A stretch of 64,000 nucleotides of DNA, taken from positions 18,848,001 to 18,912,000 of the forward strand of contig NC_043004.1 in NCBI RefSeq assembly GCF_006345805.1, in the 5' to 3' direction. The notes beneath the pieces were generated by a model, which made no database searches, was not told where the DNA came from, and was given only the letters and a program-made list of their open reading frames with translations. Of this stretch, positions 50,256 to 62,879 are shown one piece after another (the first letter of the stretch is position 1; every line of letters starts with the position of its first letter). Source of the DNA: Octopus sinensis (Eukaryota). The translations under genes and the position numbers were made by a program.

Positions 50256-51490
50256 CACTGGTCAACAACCAAAATGCTTCTGAGACAAGAGAAACAATTC
50301 CCAACTAATTTTAGGTCTCTGATAATGAATATCATGGTTAAAACTGTTTGTTAGCTCTACTTTTCAAGATACACGTACATGTCACAACAGGATGCAACCG
50401 ACTTGCTGCAGTGTATTTCTTACCACGCTCACAGTTCCACTGCACTTCAGTATTGTTCCAGCGGTCATAGGGGGTGGTTGTGCTGTCTAAGTTTATATAT
50501 TGAGGTGAAATGTAGGTGATTCCTTCTAACCGAACTCTTTTTAAACCTATAAATAAATATCACTTAGCTATTTGTTGATAAGCATGTGAGGTATTTTATA
50601 TTAATTTTCTTTTCTTACTGAATGATATAAATACTTCCCCGAAGCTGTTATGCTCTATATTGCAAGGATGACTTTATGAATGAATGTTCTTTTTATCTTC
50701 TGTTTGTCGTTTTTTACTTTCAGACGTCTCGCACTTGTGTAAACTTCTACATTTGTGGTGAGGTGGCTTTGCATCACAGACGTGCCGTATAAAGGCATAT
50801 GGTTAGAAAGGCATATCACCTATATTTTTTATGCAAGATTGGCGACCAGGATAAAAATTGAGCTACTCACATATGCTGCAACACTTGTGCTACTCACATA
50901 TGCTGCAACACTTGTGCTACTCACATATGCTGCAACACTTGTGCTACTAAGCTTCACCAATGGTTGAAAAGGAAGAGGAAAATATGCCCTTTGCTGTGCC
51001 AGTAACGTAGCGGGACCAGAGAACCATTCCAGCAATTGATATTTCTGCATGATATCTCCAGTAAAAAAAAAAGCTCTTGTCAAAGAAGAAAACGAGTTTA
51101 TTGAATATTCAAACATTCCATCAGCTATTCTCCCAGTTCCACACAGAGAAGGTCTACCTGTTCTTGGTGTATCAACTTCGGTATCCTTCGAGTTAGTTGA
51201 AGAAAGTGGTAAGGAGGAAGCAGAGAAGGGTGAAAGTGCTGGATTACAGAGGGGTCCAAATTTTGATAAAGCACTCTCTTCTAGACCACATCTCTCAACA
51301 CAAGGTAAACTCCATGACATTGTCAGAGATCTACAACTCTCTAATAATAAGGCAGATCTGCCAGGCTCTTGTCTTCAACAGCGGAATCTCCTTACAGCAG
51401 GCGTGAAGATTTCAAAATTTCACGACTGGCATCAGCAGTTCAGCAAGTTTTTCATATTGGAATGGAATTTATTGCAAGAGTATTAATGGT
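50256..51490 (+). mobile_element. Chapaev3-type transposon, left part
   Basis: Terminus TTA|CACTGGTCAAC. Motifs KIGDQDK..HICCNTC, YSNIPSAILPVPH, QGKLHDIVRDLQLSNNKADL.GS.LQQRNLL. Confidence 0.75.
50862..50948 (+). repeat. 27-bp tandem repeat x3 in the Chapaev3 zinc-finger coding region
   Basis: GCTACTCACATATGCTGCAACACTTGT at 50862, 50889 and 50916. Confidence 0.95.
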
Positions 51491-52552
51491 AAGATGGAAG
51501 CAAACCCTATATTAACGGTTATGTATATATAAATACATACATATATATATATATATATACATGCGCATATTCATGCAAGTATATATACATGATGACTGCC
51601 AACTCGTGTTGCCCGCCTTTTCGTAAGTACACTCATGCGAACGCCACGAGCAGCCATTTTTGTGATAGGTCTTACATTTTTTCAAGCTATGCCTGTGCAT
51701 GATATTTTCTTTTAATAGTGGGAGAGAATTTGCACAAATCCAGTCCCATTCTTTGAACATAGACAACATAAACTTGAAGGGAATAACTAGTCTACATCAT
51801 CGAATACTGTCAGTGTCGCAGGTTTTCTGTAAGAGTTTCTCCCTTCTAGAGAGATATTGTAACAACAACAGAGTCTCCTCCCACTCCCAGTGGGCCAACT
51901 GTGCGCCTGGACAACAACCCTGGTATTTCCACGTCTCTGCGCGTGCACATACGTACATGCATACATATATACATACATACATACATACATACACACACAC
52001 ATACATACATAGATACATATATACATACACACACACAAACAAACAAAAATACCTTGTTGTTGATGGTGAACTTTCAATGAAGTAGCCTTGGATCTAGGTT
52101 AGGAATCGACTCTTTCTTCATTGGCAACGACTCTTGAAATAAACTGAATAATGGTGTACATACAGTTTATTCTTCAACAAAAATAGGATTGAAAGCGATT
52201 TCAAAGTTTTGACCAGCTAAGCGTTATCGGACCGTTCAATGATGGCTTAGATGGCCTAATCTTCGAAGTCACAGTCAATTTTATTATTTTTAAAGAATAA
52301 TAAATATGTTCTCTCACATCAAGCAATCCTTCATATTAATGTATTGTGTTTATTATAATTGAACATAGAAACAAACATTAACGCGTGTGTGTATGTGGCT
52401 GTGTGTGTGCACATGCGTGTGTGTGAGAGAGTGAGTATGTGAAAGAGTGTTTGTGTGTGAGTATACGGATATGCATATATATATATATATATATATGTGT
52501 GTGTATATGTATGTACACTTATTCATATATATGAATATACACATGTATATCA

Positions 52553-52586
<34 letters not shown>

Positions 52587-52839
52587 GTATATATAAAAAT
52601 ACAAAATGGGACAAGAACGCAAAACATTCAAGTAGACGATACAAAAAATACGGACGGGTTATTCGAAGCCTCTGTTCTTCAGTCAAGAACCGGATCATCC
52701 TCGCAATTTCGGCTGATTAATCTTGAGATTGCTCCGCTCTGGCCAGCCCCAAGGAAAAACTAAGCTACGAGCATTATATTTCTTGGGAAAAGGATCGAAT
52801 GTATACGAAACAAGGACAGAAAAACGGACGATGTAACGC

Positions 52840-52903
<64 letters not shown>

Positions 52904-53159
52904 TTTAACAATTAAGGATATCTCTTAATAAGGGATCTTAACAAGAAATTATCGGGTAGCTAGCGTGAAAACCTCATAAAAGAAAAGAATTCGAAAATAA
53001 TTTTTTTCTTTTGAACAAATTAATTATATCTATATTGCATAGAGGGCATTATTACACATAAATGCCTCACACTAGGAGGGACAAAGTCATTACTACCAAA
53101 ATTATACTAATCATACCCAAATGCAGTTTTTCAAAGCAAGACATTTAAAAAATGAATTT

Positions 53160-53216
53160 AGTCTGTATCACCGTGATTTCACATTCAACTTACGTCTAAT
53201 GATCCTCAGCAGAACT
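53160..53216 (-). ncRNA. Type I hammerhead ribozyme, copy 1 (1-nt deletion in stem I)
   Basis: Same motif as 54148-54205, except + strand AGTCTG instead of AGTTCTG. Confidence 0.7.
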
Positions 53217-53642
53217 GATTCTGAACACATCATAAATAAACTACCAACCTTACGTAGCGAAGACGAACAGACAACTGCTCACTCCGGCCAAGCACATGGA
53301 ATGTTTATAAATCATATATCCGGTAAATGGCGGGCTTTTTACGAACTGCATGTCGGGTAATGAAAAGTATTTCGGAATAAGTTTAACAATTAAGGATAAT
53401 CTCTTAATAAGAGATCTTAACAAGAAATTATCGGGTAGCTAGCGTGAAAACCTCATAAAAGAAAAGAATTCGAAAATAATTTTTTTTTTTCTTTTGAACA
53501 AATTAATTATATCTATATTGCATAGAGGGCATTATTACACATAAATGCCTCACACTAGGAGGGACAAAGTCATTACTACCAAAATTATACTAATCATACC
53601 CAAATGCAGTTTTTCAAAGCAAGACATTTAAAAAATGAATTT

Positions 53643-53700
53643 AGTTCTGTATCACCGTGATTTCACATTCAACTTACGTCTAATGATCCTCAGCAGAACT
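53643..53700 (-). ncRNA. Type I hammerhead ribozyme, copy 2
   Basis: Reverse complement of 54148-54205. Confidence 0.8.
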
Positions 53701-54147
53701 GATTCTGAACACATCATAAATAAACTACCAACTTTACGTAGCGAAGACGAACAGACAACTGCTCACTCCGGCCAAGCACATGGAATGTTTATAAATCATA
53801 TATCCGGTAAATGGCGGGCTTTTTACGAACTGCATGTCGGGTAATATGCAATATAGATATAATTAATTTGTTCAAAAGAAAAATTATTTTCGAATTCGTT
53901 TCTTTTATGAGGTTTTCACGCTAGCTACCCGATAATTTCTTGTTAAGATCCCTTATTAAGAGATTATCCTTAATTGTTAAACTTATTCCGAAATACTTTT
54001 CATTACCCGACATGCAGTTCGTAAAAAGCCCGCCATTTACCGGATATATGATTTATAAACATTCCATGTGCTTGGCCGGAGTGAGCAGTTGTCTGTTCGT
54101 CTTCGCTACGTAAGGTTGGTAGTTTATTTATGATGTTGTTCAGAATC

Positions 54148-54205
54148 AGTTCTGCTGAGGATCATTAGACGTAAGTTGAATGTGAAATCACGGTGATACA
54201 GAACT
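54148..54205 (+). ncRNA. Type I hammerhead ribozyme, copy 3
   Basis: Stem I AGUUCUG/CAGAACU (7 bp). Core CUGAGGA at 54155-54161. Stem II U-CAUU-A-GAC-GUAA-GUU-G-AAUG-U. GAAA at 54184-54187. Stem III AUCAC-G-GUGAU. AUA triplet, predicted cut after 54198. Confidence 0.8.
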
Positions 54206-54327
54206 AAATTCATTTTTTAAATATCTTGCTTTGAAAAACTGCATTTGGGTATGACTAGTATAATTTTGGTAGTAATGACTTTGTCCCTCCTAGTGTGAGG
54301 CATTTATGTGTAATAATGCCCTCTATG

Positions 54328-54374
<47 letters not shown>

Positions 54375-54629
54375 TATGTATTTATACCTATTCATATGTA
54401 TGAATATTCACATGTATATCAAATGTATACAATATATATATATATAAGGATGTGACAATGCTGGGGCACGAGTGTATGTGGGTGTGTGAATGTGAGTATA
54501 TAGTATGATTTTGGTCGATTCTTTTTGTTTTCTTTGCTCTTTATCTGGAAGAAATATGTTTTATTTTATACTGGAAGATATATGTCAATATATCAGAGGG
54601 AATAGCTGTTTGACAGTATCCACACTTCC

Positions 54630-55003
54630 TTTGACTACGGCCATGCTGGAGCACCGCCTTTAATCGAGCAACTCGACCCCGGGACTTATTCTTTTGTAAG
54701 CCCAGTACTTATTCTATCGGTCTCTTTTGCCGAACCGCTAAGTAACGGGGATATAAACACACCAGCATCGGTTGTCGAGCAATGCTAGTGGGACAAACAC
54801 AGACACACAAACGCACACACGCATATATATATATATACATATATAAGACGGGCTTCTTTCAGTTTCCGTCTACCAAATCCACTCACAAGGCTTTGGCCGG
54901 CTCGAGGCTATAGTAGAAGACACTTGCCCAAGGTGCCACGCAGTGGGACTGAACACGGAACCATGTGGTTGGTAAACAAGCTACTTACCACACAGCCACT
55001 CCT
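54630..55003 (-). mobile_element. tRNA-derived SINE, family 2, well preserved
   Basis: Near full-length reverse-complement homology to 6500-6860. Confidence 0.9.
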
Positions 55004-55669
55004 AGCAACATTCAATAAGAAAACCCATTACATCCAACTTTCCTTTCAGTCGTAATAGCAAACAAAAAAGCATAAATCAAAACAGAAAGAGAAATTTATA
55101 TGAGAAATTTGTAGGAGAAAAGTGATTTTGTTTTTGGGGGCATCAAAATATATTATTCATAAGCAACTGCTAGTATAATACATATTATCCTTCAACTTTC
55201 ATTCTGTTCACGCATCCTTTTACTGACACCAGAATCTTCCAATATCTGACTGATTATAAAACGAAGTGATCATCACAATAATAATATAATTTAAAAATTA
55301 TCTAACTGCTCAAATTGATTTGCCTATGATTTGACCAAGAAGAATATAATACCCGTTGCTGTGAATAAATCAATAAGGCTGTTGCAAGATCCATGAATAA
55401 ATGACAGTTCAGTAGTGGAAAGGGGAGATCTACATTAGTGGAAGTGGAAATAAAGTTGGTATAATTATGTGGAGGTCTTTTAAAATGTAGTACCCTTAGT
55501 TAGCTCTCGACAGTGAAGCTGCTATTTATGCATTTTCACACATCTCTAACAACCTGTCCTGATATAATTTTTAGCTGGCTTTCAAATGTCACTAATACTG
55601 TTCAGAAACTACACGCATCACAAGTATCTCTTAAAGTATGAAACTTTGAGATTTTTTTTACAAAAGTCC

Positions 55670-55816
55670 CCCTCCCCCTCCTCCTCCTCCTCCTCCTCAT
55701 TACCACCACCACCACCACCACCACCACCATTATCATCATCATCATCATCATCATCATCGTCGTCGTCGTCGTCGTCGTCGTCATCATCGTCATCATCATC
55801 ATCATCATCATCATCA
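55670..55816. repeat. Compound trinucleotide microsatellite (TCC)(ACC)(ATC)(GTC)(ATC)
   Basis: Read directly from the sequence. Confidence 0.95.
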
Positions 55817-55959
55817 CTTGTCTGTTAATACTCACTATTATAACGAAGAAAGAGTAGTGGAATGGTAGAATCAGAGAAAACGTTGACCTAATACCTTATT
55901 TAATCATCTTTCGTTCCTTTCTGATTTCAACACTACTAACAGTGAGGAACATATCTTCT

Positions 55960-56656
55960 ATTTATTCCGGGGTGCTGATTTCGAAAAGGATATCCATTTT
56001 CCTCTACCAGGTCAAAATCTTTCACAAACTCAGATATCCATTTTTCAACATTTCTGCTATTTGACTTCATCACATGCGAACCCATGTATGGCGTTTGACA
56101 TAGCTTTGAAAGCATGTTTTGTTTTTACTGTCATTTAAAGTAAATACAAAAGTGAAAACAAAAGTCAAGATTTCAGTATCTTCAGTAAATAAGAGATGAG
56201 CAAAGTCAAAGATTCAACCAAGATATTGAGAACATGGAGACTAGGTATCAAGGCAGGTGGGATAACAACATGGTGCTCTCTACTGCTGGTCACTGCAAAG
56301 AGACTGTCATGATGCAATTTATTCACATAAAGAAACAAAGAGAAAGTTCATTCCTTGAGCAGCTGAAATTTCAGTTTGGCTGAAATATCTATTCTAAGAT
56401 ATGTACTTAGACATTCTGTATAATGTATCTGTTAAACAATAAAAAGTACTATTTGGTTTATTAGTTTCTTATTCAGTATTGCATTTAATGGAAAAATTGA
56501 CATATTTGGTAAACAAATTAATTCCTGTTTAAACAAAATATTTGACGTCATAGAAAATTTCTGAGGTCATTTCTGAATCCAGTACCATCACATTAGGTAA
56601 GACTAATTGTAAAATGCAAGACAACTAAGCATTTCTTTGAAAAATGTCGCTCAATG
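55960..56656 (+). mobile_element. Chapaev3-type deletion derivative or right end
   Basis: C-terminus QDIENMETRYQGRWDNNMV..YCWSLQRD. Degenerate right terminus ...CTCAATG|TAA. Confidence 0.65.
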
Positions 56657-56693
56657 TAATGCTTCTCGGTAATATTACCAGATTAATCGGTTC

Positions 56694-57140
56694 TGGGGTC
56701 GATGTAATCGACTTAATCCTTTTGTCTGTCCTTGTTTGTCCTCTCTGTGTTTAGCCCTTTTTGGGTAGTAAAGAAATAGGTATTTCGTCTGCCGCTACTT
56801 TCTGAGTTCAAATTCCGCCGAGGTCGACTTTGCCTTTCATGCTTTCGGGGTCGATTAAATAAGTACCAGTTATGCACTGGAGTCGATATAATCGACTTGA
56901 TCCGTTTGTCTATCCTTGTTTGTCCCCTCTGTGTGAAGCCTCTTGTGGGCAGTAAAGAAATCGGTATTTTGTCTGCCGTTACGTTCTGAGTTCAAATTCC
57001 ACCGAGGTCGACTTTGCCTTTCATCGTTTCGGGGTCGATAAATTAAGTACTAGTTACGCATTGGGATCGGTGTAATCGACTTTATCCTTTTTTCTGTCCT
57101 TGTTTGTCCTCTCTATGTTTAGCCCCTTTTGAGCAATAAA
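56694..57140 (+). mobile_element. Headless tandem array (~2.4 x 183 bp) of the SINE family 1 body
   Basis: Units start near 56694, 56877 and 57060. B box and GTCGACTTTGCCTTTCAT are present in the full units; no A-box head. Confidence 0.85.
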
Positions 57141-58067
57141 GAGATAAAAAGAAAATGCCTAAGACCATAGCTTATCGTATGAAAGGATTGTGCATACAAG
57201 AAAAATTCGTAATAATTATAGAAAGTGACAGGATAGTGGTGGTTTGTCGGACCTTAATTAAAGACTTACTAGGTCAGAGCTCTCCGAGAACGAAAGAGAA
57301 ACTATAGGCATATATTATAACATATATATCACAGTATGAAATAAAGAACACTATAGTTATCACATCAGGCACTGTCTGTCATTCTTCATGGCCTAGGAGG
57401 GTGAAGTATGATTTGAAATTACATGGAAACATGGTATATCTAGAGCCAGGAATATGTGAGATAGAGAGAAACATTCAACACACTACCTGGTCAGGAGATA
57501 GTAGAATCTACTTGATCAGAATTTATTTGGAGAAACAGCACTGGACGCAATTTGAAAATTCAAATTAAGTTAAATATAGTGTAAATTGGAACAGTAATAA
57601 ACAGCAAATGTAGATAGTCAAAGAGAGCAGTTATATAAACTTTATAAATTGACAGTCATGTAATTGTTAAGAAATAAATTATTGATTTTTATTGCTTAGA
57701 CAGTTCTTTTGAAATGATTACATTTATGTATGTTGAATACAGGTATATAAACAGATATAAATATGGTTGTGTGGTAAGAAGCTTGCTTCCCAATCACAAG
57801 ATTCCAGGTTCAGTGCTACAGTACTAAATTTAACAAACAAATCCTTTTTTTTTTCCTTATTTTTAATAGTGGCACTTACAAAAGGCACAGAAAGTGTGTC
57901 AATAGCCAGCTGGAGGAGGTTTCTTCCTGGGGCTACAAGCTACAGTGTCATCCACCATAAAGCGTTAGCCACATTTAAGTGGCAAATACACTTCACGATG
58001 TCGTGCAGCCACTTTGTATACCTCGCTCAAAGATGTATATATATATATATATATATACATACATACA

Positions 58068-58102
<35 letters not shown>

Positions 58103-58624
58103 TTGTGTGAGTGTGTGTGTTTGTGTGTGTGTGTGTGTGTGTAAGCATATATATGTATGCATGTATACACACGCGCACATATACGTGTATTCATATAAGG
58201 AGGATAGAGAAAGTATACGTGAATACAAAGAAAACGGCACGTGAAATATGCTCCATACAATTCACTTTTTTCATTCATGGCTTCCCTATGAGTAATTTAG
58301 CTTTATGTAAATTTATAATCGAAATAAGTATTTAAAAGTAGGATGCAAATGAAGCAAATATAATGAACTAAACATTATTAGGAGCATTGCACCTGACAAT
58401 GCAATTATAAACATTTTGTATATCTATTTAAATTCCTTACTTAGATTCTGGAGTTGAGGTTTCTGGACAAAAGATTCAATATTCCCAACATCCTCAGTAC
58501 ATTTACAATACAATTTCCCATCTTCTAATTATTGCAAAGAAGTATTTTGTAAAGTATGACAATATAATAATTTGAATATAATTCAGCTTTTAATTTAATA
58601 TACATGGCAGATAAACTGAATATT

Positions 58625-58843
58625 TTATTAGTTTCTACTCTAAGCATAGGGCCTGAAATTTGGGGGGAGGGGGTCAGTCGATTAGACCGATCCCAGTACG
58701 CAACTGGTACTTAATTTATCGACTCCGAAAGGATGAAAGGCAAAGTCGACCTCGGTAAAATTTGAACTCAGAACGTAGCGGCAGACGAAATACAGCTACG
58801 CATTTCACGCGGCGTGCTAACGTTTCTGCCTGCTCACTGCCTT
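58625..58843 (-). mobile_element. tRNA-derived SINE, family 1, alternative tail
   Basis: Homology to 12620-12787. Confidence 0.85.
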
Positions 58844-60427
58844 AAATTTTACATATTCTGTTGAGTTATGTTATCTAACATGGGTTTATCAAAGCCATCA
58901 CGATTCTTTATGGAAACCCATATCGATTTGTGCTAAATACAGATGGCCCAACTAAAATACATGCAACACGTGTAAGAATTCTTCAGAGAGACGCCAAGCT
59001 TCCTTCTTCTTTGCGATTGCAATGGACTCCTTCCTTAGAAACAGACTTGATCACATCTCTAGCCAAAATTCTCACAGGGTCGATCAAGATGTCTGCTGAG
59101 CTCTTATTTCACTTACCTTGATTTTCTGAATGAACCTGCTATCACCCTTCATCACGTTTGTGATGAGCAAGACTTGAGAGTGCAACGGACAATGGGTGCT
59201 TTATCTGAATCAAAAGAATTCTGAATGCATGACAGTAAAAGATGACAAAGACCACGTATCAATTTGTTCGAACGATGGCATGTAATTCAAAGATGTCAGT
59301 GGTTTAAAAACCTTGGCTTCTATGTCGATTTTCCTCGCAATAAGAAAGACTTGCTTATTGGCGAACGACTAGACCTGAGTGTCTGTAACAAGCGTCTAAT
59401 TATGAGACAATTATGTATATCAAATCTTCAAGTAAGGTGTGGATTGCATTCATCTCTTTAGAACTAGATACTACCCCATAAGGAAGGACTCTTAAAATGA
59501 AATTCATGGTGCATACATCAAGTTTCTCAAAACGGCTTAAAACATTTTATAGTCTGAAAAAGAAGACTAAAGACAAAATTCATGGACATAGTTCAGCCAA
59601 CTCTGTTATTACTGTTCATTGTAAGGTAGGCTTTACTTATAATGTTATTATACTGAATAACAGACCACATTAAATGTTATTCTTTGAAAAGTTCTGCACT
59701 TTATCGGAGCATAGCAGGAAATTAAGGATCTACCAAATCTCATGGAGAATAGTTATTCCTCGGGTAACTTTATGAGGTGCACGTGGGTTGCGACCGTTTG
59801 AAGACGAAATTAAATGTAAGATAAAGTATTCTCTCACGTTTATTTGGCGCTTATATTTTCAATAGTCTTTTGAAATTTCAGTGAACTTAGTGTAAGTTGT
59901 CTTTGAAGATTTTACCATAAACCACACTTCTAACTAATGAGACACCTGCTATTTCTTAAAATCTTATACTTTACTGTCTGAAGTATTTAAATACTAATCT
60001 ATTATTAATAAATACATGAACGAGGCGTACTGGAAAATGAAAGAAGTACCAGTCGAACACGGGTGTCGATGTAATCATTATACCTCCTCCCCTAAAGTTT
60101 CAGGCCCTTTGTCTATCATAGAAAGGATTATTACTTGATAGAAGCTTTATATATTAAATTACGAATCAATTCCAAGAAGGTCGGAGAAGACAGAATTATA
60201 TTTCAGTTTTCTAATTGCTCACATCTTGCCAGAAGTTACTATTACATTCACAACTCTAGCCATTATCTTCAACAATATTTCAGATTATCTATCACAATAT
60301 TTGATGGTATCATGCTATAGTGTTGCATACCAGATGTTTCATAAATAATTAACATTAACAATCATCCAATTTGTTAATGATACAATTAGAAGGAAAAAAG
60401 AAAACGGACGTAAACATATAACAGAAC

Positions 60428-60582
60428 GGCTGTGGTGTTAAGGTGTTGTTTTTGAACCTATATTGTTTCAGATTTAGTTCCACCTCGTTGCATCTTAGGC
60501 AAGTGTCTTCTATTATAGCCTCGGGTCAACCAATGCTTTGTGATTAACTTGGTGGACGGAAACTGTGTGAAAGTCCCTCGTT

Positions 60583-60635
<53 letters not shown>

Positions 60636-60835
60636 TGCATGTGTGTGTGGGTTTAATGTTTTATGTATCTTTCTATGTGTTTGTGTTTGTCCACTCTTCA
60701 AGAGCTTGACAATCGGTAGTGGATAGTTTATATGCTAGAAACTTAGCGGTTCGGCAAAATAGCTCAATCGAATAAGTACCAGACTTTAAGCATATTTAGT
60801 GCCCCAGCATTGTCATGATATTATGACTGAAACAA
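60428..60835 (+). mobile_element. tRNA-derived SINE, family 2, degenerate
   Basis: CATCTTAGGCAAGTGTCTTCTATTATAGCCTCGGG and AACTTAGCGGTTCGGCAAAA. Confidence 0.75.
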
Positions 60836-62283
60836 AAAGCAAAAAGAAAATAAAAAGTAAAAGAAGATAACATGCCACTTTACCACTCAGCCTTTGTGAC
60901 ACCCACTTGAAGCAATTCCATTCTTTGAACATAAAAGAAACACTTCTAATAGAATCGCTCTAAGAATGAGATATAGAAATCACTTTTAATTCATAATTTT
61001 TGACCTCGATTTCTTGACAGAATTTAATTCATTTTAGATTAAAGGCTACGAATGACAATACAAAACTATTACTTCACACCATCACGTCTCTGTACAGCAT
61101 CAATGAACTTGGTTGTTACTCTTTGTCTATATCATTATGTACGTGCTGTGCTGTGTTATACTACAATTATCAGTAACGCTCCATCCTCAGTTAGATACTT
61201 CCTATTGATTATGCATATTTAACATTGTTTCTTAAAGTATTTATGTTCGATTACTAGCATAAAAATTTCATGCATCAGCTAAAAACGCACAAACACGTAG
61301 AGCTATTGTGGGAGTTTATAAGTTCGCGTCCCCTTAGTGACCTTTTCAACTCAAAAGAAAGTAGGGAAAAGGGTAATTCTCAAGTGTGAATTAAATAATA
61401 AATATTTAAATTTTGTACCAGACTTAAGTTTTAAACAGATTTTCGAAAAATGTTTTTGTTCTAATAGCGATGCGCCACTTTACATTATGTTTATGTGCGT
61501 GTATATGTGTGCGTATGTGTGCCCGCATGTGCGTATGTGTATGTTAAATATATAGAATGGGCAATGGGTTATATACACTCCTTTATTTATTATTTGGCTT
61601 ACAGATGTTTCAGATATCAATTTGAGTGCTTTCAAAGTTCAATTTCGTCAATCGATTGTATCAAAGTTCAGCTTATGACATTTTAAACTTTTAAGTGGTG
61701 TTCTAGGTTTATAAGGCTAAATTCTATCCTGTATACCAGGTTTTGTGTGCTAACGTCTTGATTTCCTTTTCAGAAAACTCTAACTATTCCAGATTGTCAT
61801 TTAGGCATTTTCTCACAAGCATGCTGATTATTACTAGTATAAATATGAATTTATAATTTGTGTATAGAATTCGAAGGCTCGAGTCAGAATTTCATACCTC
61901 TCCTATTCATCTTTAATATTTCTAAGAGATAAGGACATATCTGGCCTGTAATATTTTCCCTTGCTAGAAGTTTTTTACGGAAATATTCTACAAATATGTC
62001 TTGTGATCATGTTTACGTACCTATATGCATGGTTTAAGAATATTAAGAATAAGAAAATTGCCAGATTCATTCAAATGCATATATCTCTAACCCTTTTTCA
62101 GCACCCACATTATAAACCATTTGTGTTTTCCTGGATAAAACCAACAACAATTAGAGTGTAATTTAAATTACAGGATTTCTCTATATTTATCTCAGGCCAA
62201 TCAATTTGTTTCCAAAAGGCGACTATATTGTTTTAACCACAATATTGCACTAGGAAGTTTTTTAGGAGCAACTGCTGATTACA

Positions 62284-62788
62284 TGTGAAGTGGAGATATA
62301 TAGTCAGTGTGAATGCGTGTATGTTATTACAATAGTTCATAAAGAGATGAAGAATAAGTTCAAGAGCTATATATTTACTACATAAAAAGATGTTTTATTT
62401 ACTGGTCGATGATGATACATAGAATCGAAATGTAGAATCTAGTTGAATGAAGTAATCTATGCAAGAGATTTCAGAATTAGAAAATGTAGAAATAACAGCT
62501 AAGTGGTGGTTTTCAGTCATGTGGCATAGAGAAATAGACGGACATAGCAATGACGTGAATAGCTCTAAGTCTAATCGACTAAGACGCAAGAGCTGGGTTG
62601 GCAAGCTGTTTTTATTGATGGAACGCAAGACATTCTAGAAACTTCCAAGAGAAACGCTAAGCTTCTTGAGTAATAATGAATCACGTCTCATGACACAGAT
62701 GTTTCGAGAAACTTAGAAAAGAAAGGTTACTCTATGATCTTTCTTGCAAGAGAGAACATTCAACTATTTAGCTACCTACACAACTACA
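62284..62788 (-). repeat. Possible 3' LTR of the Gypsy element
   Basis: Minus-strand TGTAG...CA boundaries downstream of the integrase, AATAAA near 62394-62399, and a weak PPT-like CTAGCGGGTA. The second LTR is not in the window. Confidence 0.35.
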
Positions 62789-62879
62789 TACCCGCTAGCA
62801 GAGCTAGCGGTATACAATAATGAAAATAATAAAAATGTATATATCATAAAATGTCAAAACAGAAACAATATAACAGTTC

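Larger units (their letters stand above)
52899..54334. mobile_element. Retrozyme-like array: a ~479-nt non-coding unit in ~2 tandem copies plus one inverted, permuted monomer, inside (TA)n
   Basis: Unit starts at 52899 and 53377; inverted copy at 53845-54334. Each copy contains the same type I hammerhead. Confidence 0.85.

Noticed and set aside
53121-53844. Repeated 79-aa and 69-aa ORFs in the hammerhead array as a viroid- or obelisk-like protein
   Set aside because: They are antisense to the ribozyme, their frames differ between copies through indels, they have no recognisable motif, and I saw no opposite-strand ribozyme.
58900-59650. Moderately GC-rich stretch with short ORFs as possible host exons
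   Set aside because: Stops in the frames I examined and no recognisable domain or convincing splice pair.
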